From Treponemataceae bacterium (lineage in GTDB: Bacteria > Spirochaetota > Spirochaetia > Treponematales > Rectinemataceae): 64,000 nucleotides of DNA. Numbering within the stretch: position 1 is the stretch's first letter; each line of letters opens with the position of its first letter. The DNA is taken from positions 1,472,001 to 1,536,000 of the forward strand of contig CAXXHO010000003.1 of assembly GCA_963667725.2 (NCBI GenBank), given 5' to 3'. The position numbers and the translations under genes are program-made. The notes under the pieces are model-generated. The model was not told the DNA's origin and ran no database searches. It saw only the letters and a list, made by a program, of their open reading frames with translations. Shown piece by piece: positions 1 to 9,651 of the stretch.

Positions 1-1127
1 TCCGAATAAGGCATTGCCTTGAGGACAGCGGATTCATTGAGCTTCTGGGTCGGCTGGACAACGGCGACCTTTTCGAGGTACTGGTCCCCATGACCGAGCA
101 TATAGTCGAGGAGGATCCAACTGGCTTCCTGCTTGAGTTTGTCGGACTGGACGTTGACCATGTAATAGTGGCCGGAATAGTTAGCGGTGACACGCTTTTT
201 CGCGTCCTTCCACTGAGGGAAGGGCACCACCATCCAATCTTTCGAACTATAGAAGGCCGGGTTGGAAGCCTTCATTCTCGCTTCCTGATAAAGACCTGAG
301 AAAGACATGGCGATAAGGCCGGTGTTCTTGTCGAATTCCGTCCTGGCCGCCGTGTAGGTCGGCGATCCGAGATTCTTGGCGCCGGGACCGAAATCCTTCA
401 CGTACTGGAGAACCTTTAGCCAGGCGGCGTCGCCGACGATAGCTGTCTTCCCGTCTTTCGACACGAGTTCGCCGCCGAGCTGCTCGACCATCGGGACAAA
501 GGTGTTGGGATAGGCGTCGTAACGGAAGTCGAACCCGCGACGGGTGATGATCTGTCCATTGCGCTTTACGAGTTTTTCGGAGAGCGCCATCACGTCTTCC
601 CAGGTTTTCGGGGCGTCCTTATCGGGATCAAGGCCGGCCTCGATGAACATTTTCCTATTCACGTAAAGACACATATTGGTCAGTTCCAGGGGCAATCCAT
701 ATATTTCGTCATCGCGGGAAACGGCGGCGAGCATGCCAGGCAGATAGGCGGCTTCCAGAGCCGAAGCATCCTTGTAGCCTATGGCCTTGTAGTTGACGGG
801 CGTGATTCTGCCGTTATCGAGAAAGGAAATGGCGCTGGTGATCGCCACGTTGAAAATATCGGGACCCTGGTTGGCGGCAAAAGCCGTCGTGAGCGTTTCC
901 AGGATTTTCCCCGAAGGATAGCTGGAGTAATTCACCTTGATGCCGGGATTCGCGGCCATGAACTCCGCGATGAATTTCTTTTCGAGAGGTCCGCGGTTCG
1001 CGTCGTCATGGGTCCACATGTTGATCTCGATATTTTTCCCTTTCAGTCCGGGAACCACCGGGGCCTGCGCAAAGGCAACCGAAGCCGCAATTGCCGCCAA
1101 AACGATAGAAACTATCACCTTCTTCAT
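1..1127 (-). CDS. ABC transporter sugar-type extracellular solute-binding protein (runs off left edge)
   Basis: Hand-translated, missing from the ORF track: MKKVIVSIVLAAIAASVAFAQ signal peptide, then ...EFMAANPGIKVNYSSYP...AANQGPDIF...IYGLP...LYVNRKMFIEAGLDP...PKTWEDV; GGAGG RBS upstream. Confidence 0.9.
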   Translation of the reverse strand, partial: MKKVIVSIVLAAIAASVAFAQAPVVPGLKGKNIEINMWTHDDANRGPLEKKFIAEFMAANPGIKVNYSSYPSGKILETLTTAFAANQGPDIFNVAITSAISFLDNGRITPVNYKAIGYKDASALEAAYLPGMLAAVSRDDEIYGLPLELTNMCLYVNRKMFIEAGLDPDKDAPKTWEDVMALSEKLVKRNGQIITRRGFDFRYDAYPNTFVPMVEQLGGELVSKDGKTAIVGDAAWLKVLQYVKDFGPGAKNLGSPTYTAARTEFDKNTGLIAMSFSGLYQEARMKASNPAFYSSKDWMVVPFPQWKDAKKRVTANYSGHYYMVNVQSDKLKQEASWILLDYMLGHGDQYLEKVAVVQPTQKLNESAVLKAMPYS

Positions 1128-1322
1128 CTGCGTCCCTCCAGGTAAGCATATCGGGATATGACATATCGCGCGATTCGCCATAGTGTAGCCCGGTTTCCGC
1201 GGCCGCACAAGAATTTTTTCAATGCAAAAACCTTCATGAATCGAAATTTCAGGGATGTTTTTATCCACGGCTTTCTCCTGGAGACTGCCCCGATCGAGCG
1301 CTTTATGCTAGCATAGCCGTGT

Positions 1323-2465
1323 ATGCCGAATGCTAAAAAGGTTCCCCGGGGGACTCCTCGCGAGAGCCCCAGTTCGCTCGATACGCTCATCGACGAAGCC
1401 TTGCTCGACAGGACTTTTCCCGGCATCGCCTGCGGACTGTGGATCGATGGACGGCAAGAATATGTCAGGTACGCGGGATTCAGCGATCCGGACGAAGACG
1501 AGATTGACGGAAATGCCCCAATCTCCGAAAATACCTTGTTCGACGCGGCTTCGCTCACAAAACCCCTCGCGACCTCGCTGCTCGTACTGAAGGCTTGCGA
1601 GGCGGGCGCCATCGACCTGAACGGAACCTTGGGGCAGTACCTTCCCCGCGAGAATCCCCTGGCGAGGGATATTCCCATCCACAGCCTACTGACGCACACG
1701 AGCGGATTGCCCGCCATCCCCGCCATCGAACGTCGCTTCCCCTCGCCGCTTTTAATCGATAGGGAGGCGGCCGTTTCGGAGCTTTACTCTATCCAGCCTG
1801 AGAAAGGCCACGGGGAGGCCGTCGTATATTCCTGCACGGGGTATTTACTTCTTGGCCTTATCCTGGAGAGGATATCTGGAAGGCTCTTGGGCGACCTTTA
1901 TGGAACCGAAGTCGCCGAGCCCCTGCATCTGCCGCGAGCAGCCTTCGCCCCCGGCATCGGTCCCGACGGCGAACCTCTTGGCATCGGGGGCGCCGCAGCG
2001 ACCGAATACTGCGATTGGAGGAAAAAGCGGGTGCGCGGCCAAGTCCACGACGAGAGCGCCTATTGTTTTGGCGGTCACGCAGGCAACGCCGGTCTCTTCG
2101 TCTCGCTCGAGGACGTGTTCAGGACAGCCTCCATCCTGCTGGAAGGTGGCGTCTCGGAAGGAAAGCGGTTCCTCGGAGAGAACTTTATCCGCGATCTCAC
2201 CGAGGATAAAACACCCAACCTCGGAGAGCGGCGCTCTTTCGGCTTCAGGATGAAGGAGCCTGGTACCTTCACGGGTCCGCTATGGCCCAGCTCGTCCTTC
2301 GGGCATACGGGATTCACGGGAACGAGTCTCGCCGTCTCGCCGCGGCAAGGCCTGACCGCGATCATCCTCACGAACCGCGTGTATTATGGCAGAAATGATA
2401 CGACACAAAAAATCGCCGATTTCCGGACGAGGTTCCACACGATCGCGTTCAGGAGTTTTTGTTGA
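1323..2465 (+). CDS. Serine hydrolase, beta-lactamase/EstB-like family
   Basis: FDAASLTK (SxxK), LLTHTSGL, YSC and GHTGFTG motifs. Confidence 0.9.
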   Translation: MPNAKKVPRGTPRESPSSLDTLIDEALLDRTFPGIACGLWIDGRQEYVRYAGFSDPDEDEIDGNAPISENTLFDAASLTKPLATSLLVLKACEAGAIDLNGTLGQYLPRENPLARDIPIHSLLTHTSGLPAIPAIERRFPSPLLIDREAAVSELYSIQPEKGHGEAVVYSCTGYLLLGLILERISGRLLGDLYGTEVAEPLHLPRAAFAPGIGPDGEPLGIGGAAATEYCDWRKKRVRGQVHDESAYCFGGHAGNAGLFVSLEDVFRTASILLEGGVSEGKRFLGENFIRDLTEDKTPNLGERRSFGFRMKEPGTFTGPLWPSSSFGHTGFTGTSLAVSPRQGLTAIILTNRVYYGRNDTTQKIADFRTRFHTIAFRSFC

Positions 2466-2667
2466 CGTATTCTAGATTCCTTAATTTCTTACATATATGA
2501 AACTATAATATATTATAAATACACATTTGTAACAAAATTTATTCAATAAAATTCTATAATATCAATTTTAGTATACATATTTTTGACAAATACATAATTA
2601 CCTACATATTATGTTCTTTTACTTACATATTTGTACTATTAAATTTAAAATGCTACTTTATTTATTT

Positions 2668-2684
2668 TTGGCATGTTTCCTGCT
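2668..2684 (+). promoter_or_regulatory. Sigma-54 (-24/-12) promoter of amtB-glnK
   Basis: TTGGCATGTTTCCTGCT: GG(2670-71)-N10-GC(2682-83), at the end of an AT-rich intergenic region, ahead of AGGAGG RBS. Confidence 0.8.
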
Positions 2685-2717
2685 AGTTAAAAGCAACACT
2701 GCTCAGGAGGAAACATA

Positions 2718-4037
2718 ATGCGCAAAAAGAGCGTCATGCTCATCGTGCTCGGAGCCTGCGTCCTTGCCCGAGTCGCCGCGGAGGAGACTGTCGCGGGCCT
2801 GGCTTCGGCTATCGATATGCTATGGCTCATCATCACCGGTTCTCTGGTCTTCTTCATGCAAGCAGGATTCGCCTTCGTCGAAACCGGCCTGACGCGCGCC
2901 AAGAACGCGACGAACATCCTCATGAAGAACCTGATGGATTTCTGCTTCGGTTCCATCGTTTTCTGGATGATCGGCTGGGGATTCATGTACGGCGCCGACA
3001 AGCTGGGCGGCTTCGTCGGTTTCTCGGAATTCTTCAAGGGACCTATGGGAGACCCCACCTTCTACCGGAACTGGTTTTTCCAGGTAGTCTTCGCGGCCAC
3101 GTCGGCCACGATCGTCTCCGGCGCCATGGCCGAACGGACGAAGTTCAAATCCTACCTCATCTATACCTGTTTCATCTCCGCCTTCATCTATCCCGTCTCC
3201 GGCCATTGGATATGGGGCGGTGGATGGCTCGCCAAGCTCGGTTTCCACGATTTTGCCGGCTCTAGCGTCGTTCATTCCGTCGGAGGCTGGGCGGCATTCG
3301 TTGGAGCCGCCATCCTCGGCCCAAGAACCGGCAAATACGTCAGGTGCAACGGAAAAGTCAGCGTCAAGGCTTTCCCTGGCCATAATATCGGCTGGGCTTT
3401 CCTCGGCGTCTTCATCCTCTGGTTCGGCTGGTATGGCTTCAATCCCGGGTCTACCCTTTCGGGCATGAGCGCCGACATCGGAAGAATCGCCGTCACGACA
3501 ACCTTGGGAGGATCGGCGGGAGCCGTGGCCGCTCTAGTCTTCTCCTGGATTTGGTTCAAGAAGCCCGACGCGTCCATGACGCTGAACGGCTGCCTCGCCG
3601 GCCTCGTCGCAATAACCGCGCCCTGCGCCGTCGTCTCCCCTGGCGACGCCATCGTCATCGGCCTGATCGCCGGCGTCCTCGTCGTCCTGGCCGTCGAGTT
3701 CATCGACAAGGTGCTCAAGATCGACGATCCCGTGGGCGCCTCCTCCGTCCACATGGTGAACGGAATCTTCGGAACCCTCGCCGTCGGCATTTGGGGCAAT
3801 GTGGACGGGGTGGCCGTCGGACTGCTTTACGGCGGCGGCCTTCATCAGCTGGGCATCCAGGCCCTGGGCGCTTTTTCCGTGGCCGCCTGGGCAGGACTGA
3901 CCAGCGTCGCCCTCTTCTTCGCCATCAAGAAAACGGTCGGCCTCAGGGTTACGGCCAAGGAAGAACTCATGGGGCTCGACCTCGGCGAGCACAAGTCCGA
4001 AGCCTATCCCGGCTTCCAGTTCTTCAGCAATCTTTAA
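2718..4037 (+). CDS. amtB: Ammonium transporter
   Basis: [43 protein letters not shown] and DDPVGA motifs. Confidence 0.97.
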   Translation: MRKKSVMLIVLGACVLARVAAEETVAGLASAIDMLWLIITGSLVFFMQAGFAFVETGLTRAKNATNILMKNLMDFCFGSIVFWMIGWGFMYGADKLGGFVGFSEFFKGPMGDPTFYRNWFFQVVFAATSATIVSGAMAERTKFKSYLIYTCFISAFIYPVSGHWIWGGGWLAKLGFHDFAGSSVVHSVGGWAAFVGAAILGPRTGKYVRCNGKVSVKAFPGHNIGWAFLGVFILWFGWYGFNPGSTLSGMSADIGRIAVTTTLGGSAGAVAALVFSWIWFKKPDASMTLNGCLAGLVAITAPCAVVSPGDAIVIGLIAGVLVVLAVEFIDKVLKIDDPVGASSVHMVNGIFGTLAVGIWGNVDGVAVGLLYGGGLHQLGIQALGAFSVAAWAGLTSVALFFAIKKTVGLRVTAKEELMGLDLGEHKSEAYPGFQFFSNL

Positions 4038-4047
4038 GGAGGACGCT

Positions 4048-4389
4048 ATGAAGATGATAATCGCCTATATTCAGCCCCACCAGCTCAACGAGGTGAAGCA
4101 GGAACTCTATAAGTCCGAGATCTACAAGATCTCGGTGTCGAACGCCATGGGCTGCGGACAGCAGAAAGGCTACAGCGAGATTTATAGAGGAGTCGACATC
4201 GAGGTCAATCTGCTCAAGAAAGTGAGGATCGAGATCGGCGTCAACGACAATTTCGTGAAGCCGACGGTGGATGCGATAATCAAGGGGGCGCAGACGGGAG
4301 AAATCGGGGATGGGAAGATATTCATCCTGCCCATGGATGAGTGCATCAGGATAAGAACAGGGGAGACAGGTTCCGAAGCGATCGGCTGA
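4048..4389 (+). CDS. glnK: P-II nitrogen regulatory protein
   Basis: GCGQQKG..EIYRG T-loop, [16 protein letters not shown]; directly downstream of amtB. Confidence 0.95.
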   Translation: MKMIIAYIQPHQLNEVKQELYKSEIYKISVSNAMGCGQQKGYSEIYRGVDIEVNLLKKVRIEIGVNDNFVKPTVDAIIKGAQTGEIGDGKIFILPMDECIRIRTGETGSEAIG

Positions 4390-4422
4390 AAGAGAGAGGT
4401 GGCCCCGACAGCCTCCAAGCCC

Positions 4423-5481
4423 TCAGTTCAAGGCTTCGAACAGCTTCTGGGCGAAAACAGCCGATGTTTCCCTGGGGCAGAGGTAGGCCACGGCGCTGGG
4501 ATCATCGCAGTCCAGTTCGATCACGTCTAGTCCTATGGTCCGCACTGATTCACGAGCCAGGACGACGCCTTTCGCGCCGGCAGCCGCGGAAAAGACCGCC
4601 GTCACGCGAAGCTTGTTACCTGGCCCGGAGCAAGTAGCGAGCCCGAGGAAATTAGGAACCTCGGCACCCTGGGATGCCGGTCCGATGAGGGTGCCTTCGC
4701 CCTCGTCGAAGGTGGAACGCACGCGCATTCTCAGGCCGCTGGCCTTGGCCAGCAGGGCGGACTTGTCGTGCAGCACTCTCGCGCCATGATTCGCCAGCCT
4801 GAACATGGAGTCGTAGTCGAGAAAATGCATGAAGGGGACGCCCTTAACGAGCCGAGGATCCGCCTTGGCCACGCCGGGGACATCCTTGTAGATATCGACG
4901 AAATCGGCCCCGAGCGCCGCCCCTATCGCGACGGCGCTTGTGTCGCTCCCGCCGCGGCCGAGGGTGAGTATGTCGCCCACGGCGTCGACGCCCTGGAAGC
5001 CCGTCACGACAGGAACCTTCCCGGCCGCCAGAACAGCTCTGAGGCGCGCCGGATCGATCGCGGCAGGCGCCGCGTCCCCGAAGGGGCCACTGGCCGCGAT
5101 GCCGGCAGAGTGCGCCGTCATGGGAACGGCCCCGATGCCCATGGAATTGAGGAGGGCCGCTATCACGCAGGCCGAGATCACTTCTCCGCAGGAGACCAGT
5201 AGGTCGCTGGTGAGCCCATCCATGCCGCCAGCCGCATCGGCGGCGACGACCGGGCCGGCCGAGCCTACGCCGCCCGCTGTGCCTGCACCGCCGGAATATT
5301 CTCCCAGCAGATCAAGGAGCGTATCGGTGGCGTAGGGATCTCCCCTCCGCCCCATCGCGGAAACGACGAGGACGATTTCGTCCCCGGCGTCCCGCGCCGC
5401 GCCGACTTTTTTCGCGAGCATTTCTCTCGCGGCGGGATCAGCCAGCGACGTTCCGCCGAATTTCTGAACAATCAAAGCCAT
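4423..5481 (-). CDS. lysC: Aspartate kinase (DapG/aspartokinase I-like), short degenerate C-terminus
   Basis: IVQKFGGTS, VVSAMGRRGDPYATDTLL, GFQG, TLGRGGSDTSA, DVPGVAKADPR. Confidence 0.9.
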   Translation of the reverse strand: MALIVQKFGGTSLADPAAREMLAKKVGAARDAGDEIVLVVSAMGRRGDPYATDTLLDLLGEYSGGAGTAGGVGSAGPVVAADAAGGMDGLTSDLLVSCGEVISACVIAALLNSMGIGAVPMTAHSAGIAASGPFGDAAPAAIDPARLRAVLAAGKVPVVTGFQGVDAVGDILTLGRGGSDTSAVAIGAALGADFVDIYKDVPGVAKADPRLVKGVPFMHFLDYDSMFRLANHGARVLHDKSALLAKASGLRMRVRSTFDEGEGTLIGPASQGAEVPNFLGLATCSGPGNKLRVTAVFSAAAGAKGVVLARESVRTIGLDVIELDCDDPSAVAYLCPRETSAVFAQKLFEALN

Positions 5482-6504
5482 CTATAATTTCCTTGGTTCG
5501 AGTCCCCGCGCCGCGAGGGTTTCGGCGATCTGGACGGCGTTGAGGGCGGCGCCCTTCCTGAGGTTGTCCGACACCACCCAGAGATTCAGTCCGTTGGGCA
5601 CCGTCGGGTCCCTGCGGATCCTGCCGATAAAGACCTCATCCCGGCCTTCGCAGTCCAGGGCCGTAGGATACACCAGGTTCGCCGGATCGTCCATCACGAG
5701 CACCCCGGGCGCCTTCTTCAAAAGCGCCACCACCTCGGCCAGCTCGAAAGGCTTCTCCGTCTCGATGTTGATCGACTCCGAATGCCCTCTCGTCACCCCG
5801 ATCCGCACCGCCGTCGGACTCACCAGAATGTTCGGGTCCAGCATCTTGTGCGTCTCGTGCACCATCTTCATCTCTTCTTTCGTGTAGCCGTTGTCCAGGA
5901 ACACGTCGATGTGCGGCAGGGCGTTGAAGAGTATCTGTCTCGGATAGACCGCCACCGTGAGGGGCTTGCCCTCGGTGAATTCCTTCGCTTGGTTCCGCAG
6001 CTCGGCTATGGCCGCCGCTCCCGTGCCCGAAACCGCCTGATAGGTCGCGACGACGATCCGCTTGATCTTGTAGGCATCGTGGATGGGCTTGGCCGCCACG
6101 AGCATCTGGATGGTCGAGCAGTTGGGGTTGGCGATGATGCCTTTGTGCCAGGCAAGGTCCTGGGGATTGACTTCGGGGATGACGAGGGGGACCTTGGGGT
6201 CCATGCGCCACTGGCTGGAGTTGTCGATGACGATGGCGCCTTCAGAGGCCGCCGCCGGAGCGAGGATTTCGCTGGCTTCGGCGCCCGCAGAGAAGAGGGC
6301 GATGTCGACATCGCCGAAGGCGCCCGGCTTGGCCGCCCTCACCGTCTTTTCCACGCCCTTGAAGGTCACTTTCTTTCCGGCCATGGCCTCGACGTCCATG
6401 GGGATGATCTCCGAGACCGGAAAGTCCCTCTGCTCGAGGGTTTTCAGCATTTCCGTGCCCACGGCGCCCAGGGCGCCCACCACCGCGACTCTATAGGATT
6501 TCAT
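5482..6504 (-). CDS. asd: Aspartate-semialdehyde dehydrogenase
   Basis: GALGAVG, DNSSQWRM, IIANPNCSTIQ, YQAVSGTG, DNLRKGAALNAVQIAE. Confidence 0.97.
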   Translation of the reverse strand: MKSYRVAVVGALGAVGTEMLKTLEQRDFPVSEIIPMDVEAMAGKKVTFKGVEKTVRAAKPGAFGDVDIALFSAGAEASEILAPAAASEGAIVIDNSSQWRMDPKVPLVIPEVNPQDLAWHKGIIANPNCSTIQMLVAAKPIHDAYKIKRIVVATYQAVSGTGAAAIAELRNQAKEFTEGKPLTVAVYPRQILFNALPHIDVFLDNGYTKEEMKMVHETHKMLDPNILVSPTAVRIGVTRGHSESINIETEKPFELAEVVALLKKAPGVLVMDDPANLVYPTALDCEGRDEVFIGRIRRDPTVPNGLNLWVVSDNLRKGAALNAVQIAETLAARGLEPRKL

Positions 6505-7003
6505 GATTCCTCCGAATGCTTATGACATTTTCCACGAATTCTTTCGGGAACTCCGCCGTCACGACGGCCGTCCTGTTGTTCCGCGCGGGATTGATCGCCG
6601 CGATCACCACGCCGGGACAGACAACCTGCCCCTGACGGTCCACCATTTCCACTTTCTGTCCCTTCACCGGAAGCGGCAGGTATTCCCAGGGGAAGCGAAT
6701 CCTCGCCATGTCGCCATCGACGCTTTTGATCGTTATGGCGAGTCCGGGACAGGCAGGGATGCAGAGCCCGCAGAGGATGCATTTTCCCCTGTCGATGACG
6801 GGCAGGTTCGTTATGGGGGAGCCCACCGTAAGCGCGTTCTGCGGGCAGCTTGTCTCGCAGGGGTTGCAGGGAATTTCCTCGACGCATTCGATGCAGAGAC
6901 AGGCTTTCTCCTCCAGGTCCGCGAGGGTGGTCAGCATGCCGGCGGCGCGCAGCTCTTCAAGAGAAGGCGCTCCCGTCGTTTTCAGCGATTGATTGTCACT
7001 CAT
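6491..7003 (-). CDS. 4Fe-4S dicluster subunit of a proline/opine-dehydrogenase-type complex
   Basis: ECVEEIPCNPCETSCP and CILCGLCIPACPGLAI motifs. Confidence 0.88.
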   Translation of the reverse strand: MSDNQSLKTTGAPSLEELRAAGMLTTLADLEEKACLCIECVEEIPCNPCETSCPQNALTVGSPITNLPVIDRGKCILCGLCIPACPGLAITIKSVDGDMARIRFPWEYLPLPVKGQKVEMVDRQGQVVCPGVVIAAINPARNNRTAVVTAEFPKEFVENVISIRRNHEIL

Positions 7004-8100
7004 TGGGCCGCTCCCTTCTCAAGAATCCTCTGTTTCGCGGCAAAGCGTTTCTGCCCGAATACGCCCTGCCTGAGGGAACTCAGACGTTGTACGGTTTCTT
7101 CCGTCCTGGCCTTCATCGTGGCTTCGTCCAGATATCCCATGGCATATGCCGCGTGGATGCCCGCGAGCCTTCCTTCTTCCATGGCCGTGCTAGCTTCCTC
7201 AACGCCCGCTATGTCGCCTACCACGTAGATAGATTCATCGCTGGAGCGCATGTACCGATCGTGGCCCGGCATATTGCCGCCGAGCTCCGGAATGTATATT
7301 TCCTTGCATCCCGCTATGCATGCCAGTTCTATGGAAGGCGTGAGGCCGACGGCGAGGCAGATGGTGTCCACTTCGAGGGTCTCTTCCGTTCCCGGTATGG
7401 GCTGGAAACGCGAGTCGATCTTCGCGATGATCGCGCGCTCAACGCTTTCCTTGCCCTCGGCGCGAAGGATTGTCGTGGCGCAGCGGAAGGGCACGCCGGC
7501 GCGGGCCACTTTGGCCGTGTGGACGCCGTAACCGCCTAACTTGGGAAGGGCTTCCACCACCGCCACCACCTCGGCTCCTGCCTGCATAAGCTGATAGGCC
7601 ACGATGACGCCGACGTTGCCCGATCCTATCATGAGCACCCGTTTTCCGGGCAGGACGCGATGCACGTTAATGAGGGTCTGGGCGCAGCCGGCCGTCATGA
7701 CGCCAGGCAAGGTCCAGCCGGGAAAGCTGAGGGCGTTCTCGGTCGCCCCCGTGGCGAGGATGAGTTTCGAGGCTTCTATCGTGTATGAGCGATTTCGGTT
7801 TTCCACCGCCCACACTTTCAGTCCGCTTTCTATGCCCACGACTTCCGTCTTGAGCCGCACATCGATGCCCAGGTTGAGCGATTCGGTCAGGAGTTCCTTC
7901 CCGATCTCGAAACCCCTGGTGCCGGCCTTGTGCTCGCGGGAACCGAAAAACTTGTGTATCTGCTTGAAGAGCTGTCCGCCCGGCTTGGAGTTTTCATCCA
8001 TCAATATCACCGGAGCGCCGGCTTTTTTCAGTTCTATCGCCGCGCAGAGCCCGGCCGGCCCGGCGCCGACCACTATGGCGGGTTTCCTGTCAGTTTCCAT
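7000..8100 (-). CDS. FAD/NAD(P)-dependent oxidoreductase, alpha-type subunit (PdhA/OoxA/HcnB-like)
   Basis: VVGAGPAG, GGQLFKQ, ATGA..FPGWTLPGV, GSGNVG, VVGDIAG; start trimmed to ATG 8100 behind GGAGG. Confidence 0.9.
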   Translation of the reverse strand: METDRKPAIVVGAGPAGLCAAIELKKAGAPVILMDENSKPGGQLFKQIHKFFGSREHKAGTRGFEIGKELLTESLNLGIDVRLKTEVVGIESGLKVWAVENRNRSYTIEASKLILATGATENALSFPGWTLPGVMTAGCAQTLINVHRVLPGKRVLMIGSGNVGVIVAYQLMQAGAEVVAVVEALPKLGGYGVHTAKVARAGVPFRCATTILRAEGKESVERAIIAKIDSRFQPIPGTEETLEVDTICLAVGLTPSIELACIAGCKEIYIPELGGNMPGHDRYMRSSDESIYVVGDIAGVEEASTAMEEGRLAGIHAAYAMGYLDEATMKARTEETVQRLSSLRQGVFGQKRFAAKQRILEKGAAQ

Positions 8101-8449
8101 CGCCGGCCTCCGCTTCGATTTTCCAGCTTCCCACGCCTTTCTGCCGCTCAACAGTCATGCCGTCGCGCACATCGGTCACGCAGGTGCGGACGCCCGGAAC
8201 GCCGTCCACCATCATGACGCAGTCGGTGCAGCGCCCGATGCCGCAGAACATCCTGCGGGGAGATCCTTTCTTCGTATAGCGGAACACCTTGACGCCGGCG
8301 GCGATAAGCGCCGACATGATCGGCTCGCCGGCTCTCGCCTTCAGCGCCTTCCCCTCGAAGAAGATGGTGACTTCTTCCGTCGCCTCGAGGTCGCCGAGAA
8401 TGGCGTGATGGCCTATTCTCGAGCCTTCCTGAATGCTGCCGTCCTTCAT
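8090..8449 (-). CDS. (2Fe-2S)-binding subunit (HcnA/sarcosine oxidase alpha N-terminal-like)
   Basis: FCGIGRCTDC...VDG.PGVRTC. Confidence 0.9.
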   Translation of the reverse strand: MKDGSIQEGSRIGHHAILGDLEATEEVTIFFEGKALKARAGEPIMSALIAAGVKVFRYTKKGSPRRMFCGIGRCTDCVMMVDGVPGVRTCVTDVRDGMTVERQKGVGSWKIEAEAGDGN

Positions 8450-9324
8450 TTTAGGAGCCCCAGATCGGCGAGCGCCGCATGAAGGGCCGCGGTTACTTCC
8501 GTCGAGGCGTCCTTGAGGGGAGCCCGCAGGGAACCCGCGTTGAAGCCGCAGAGCCTGAGCGCCATTTTCACCGGCACGGGGTTCGGCTGGAGGAAAAGGG
8601 CCTTGTTGATGGCCTGCAGTTTCACGTGCAGGGCCGCCGCTTTGGCGTTGTCGCCGGCCAGGTAGGCTTCAATCATCTTTTTCATGATCCCGCCGGCCAC
8701 ATGTCCGGTCACCGACACGACTCCATAGCCGCCAATAGCGAGCGTGGGCAGGGTGAGCGAATCCTCGCCCGTATAGACCCTGAAGCCCGGCACCGCGTTC
8801 TTGATGACGATGGTCGTGTCGTCGAGCACGCCGGCGGCGTCCTTGAGCATCGTGATGTTCGGCACGTCGCGCGAAAGCTTCACGATGGTCTCAGGCCTGA
8901 TGCTTATGCCCGTTCTTCCCGGGACATTGTAGAGCATCGAGGGAATCTTCACCGACGAGGCTATGGCGGCGAAATGATCGTAGAGCATTCCCTGATCGGG
9001 CTTGTTGTAGTAAGGAGCGACGAGAAGAAGGCCATCGGCCCCGGCCTCCTCGGCGTCGAGAGCGTTCTGGATCGAGGCCGCCGTGCTGTTCGTGCCGGCG
9101 TTTCCGATGAGCGGCACGGAGACAGCCTTCCTCACCGCCTTTATGAGGTCTATCTTTTCCTGGCGCGTCAAGGTCGGCGATTCGCCTGTCGTTCCGCTCA
9201 GGACGAGGGCGTCGACGCCGTCGGCGATGAGCCGTTTTGCCAGTTCGACCGCTTTTCCGGGATCCAGTTCCAAGTCCTCGCGAAAAGGTGTTGCCATAGC
9301 GACAATGAGTCTTCCGAAATCCAT
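8446..9324 (-). CDS. dapA: 4-hydroxy-tetrahydrodipicolinate synthase
   Basis: GTTGESPTL, PYYNKP, LYNVPGRTG (ASA-binding Arg retained), Schiff-base Lys in LKDA, PNPVPVK. Confidence 0.92.
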   Translation of the reverse strand: MDFGRLIVAMATPFREDLELDPGKAVELAKRLIADGVDALVLSGTTGESPTLTRQEKIDLIKAVRKAVSVPLIGNAGTNSTAASIQNALDAEEAGADGLLLVAPYYNKPDQGMLYDHFAAIASSVKIPSMLYNVPGRTGISIRPETIVKLSRDVPNITMLKDAAGVLDDTTIVIKNAVPGFRVYTGEDSLTLPTLAIGGYGVVSVTGHVAGGIMKKMIEAYLAGDNAKAAALHVKLQAINKALFLQPNPVPVKMALRLCGFNAGSLRAPLKDASTEVTAALHAALADLGLLK

Positions 9325-9368
9325 CGTATTTCCTCCGTTATTGTTCCGCGGTCGACACGACCGCGCTT

Positions 9369-9650
9369 TCAGTCATCCATCGATTTGATTGAAACCGGAC
9401 GCACTGGCTGCCTGAAAGAAGCGATCTCCACTTCCTCCGGTTTCAGATGCAGTTCTTCCGCCAGAATTCTCTCCACGAGACGCCGGCAGGACCTGCCCTG
9501 ACATATACCCATGCCGGCTCGCGTCCAGCGCTTTACTTCGATGACACTCTTAGCTCCCGCGCGGATCGCGTCCCGGATTTCCTGCTCGGTGACTTCTTCG
9601 CATCGGCAGATATACTTTTCGTTTCCTTTAGCATTCTCTTCGGCCATCAC
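9369..9650 (-). CDS. BFD-like (2Fe-2S) subunit
   Basis: ICRCEEVT...KRWTRAGMGICQGRSC...RQPVRPV. Confidence 0.9.
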   Translation of the reverse strand: MMAEENAKGNEKYICRCEEVTEQEIRDAIRAGAKSVIEVKRWTRAGMGICQGRSCRRLVERILAEELHLKPEEVEIASFRQPVRPVSIKSMDD

Positions 9651-9651
9651 C

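Noticed and set aside
1237..1251. TGAA-N7-TTCA possible operator between the solute-binding protein and serine hydrolase genes
   Set aside because: Only 4-bp arms and a single copy; too weak to support.
8446..9324. DapA-family gene as the hydroxyproline-pathway deaminase
   Set aside because: It has the canonical DHDPS GTTGE and YNVPGRTG motifs and is linked to asd and aspartokinase; no proline-racemase-family epimerase is present.
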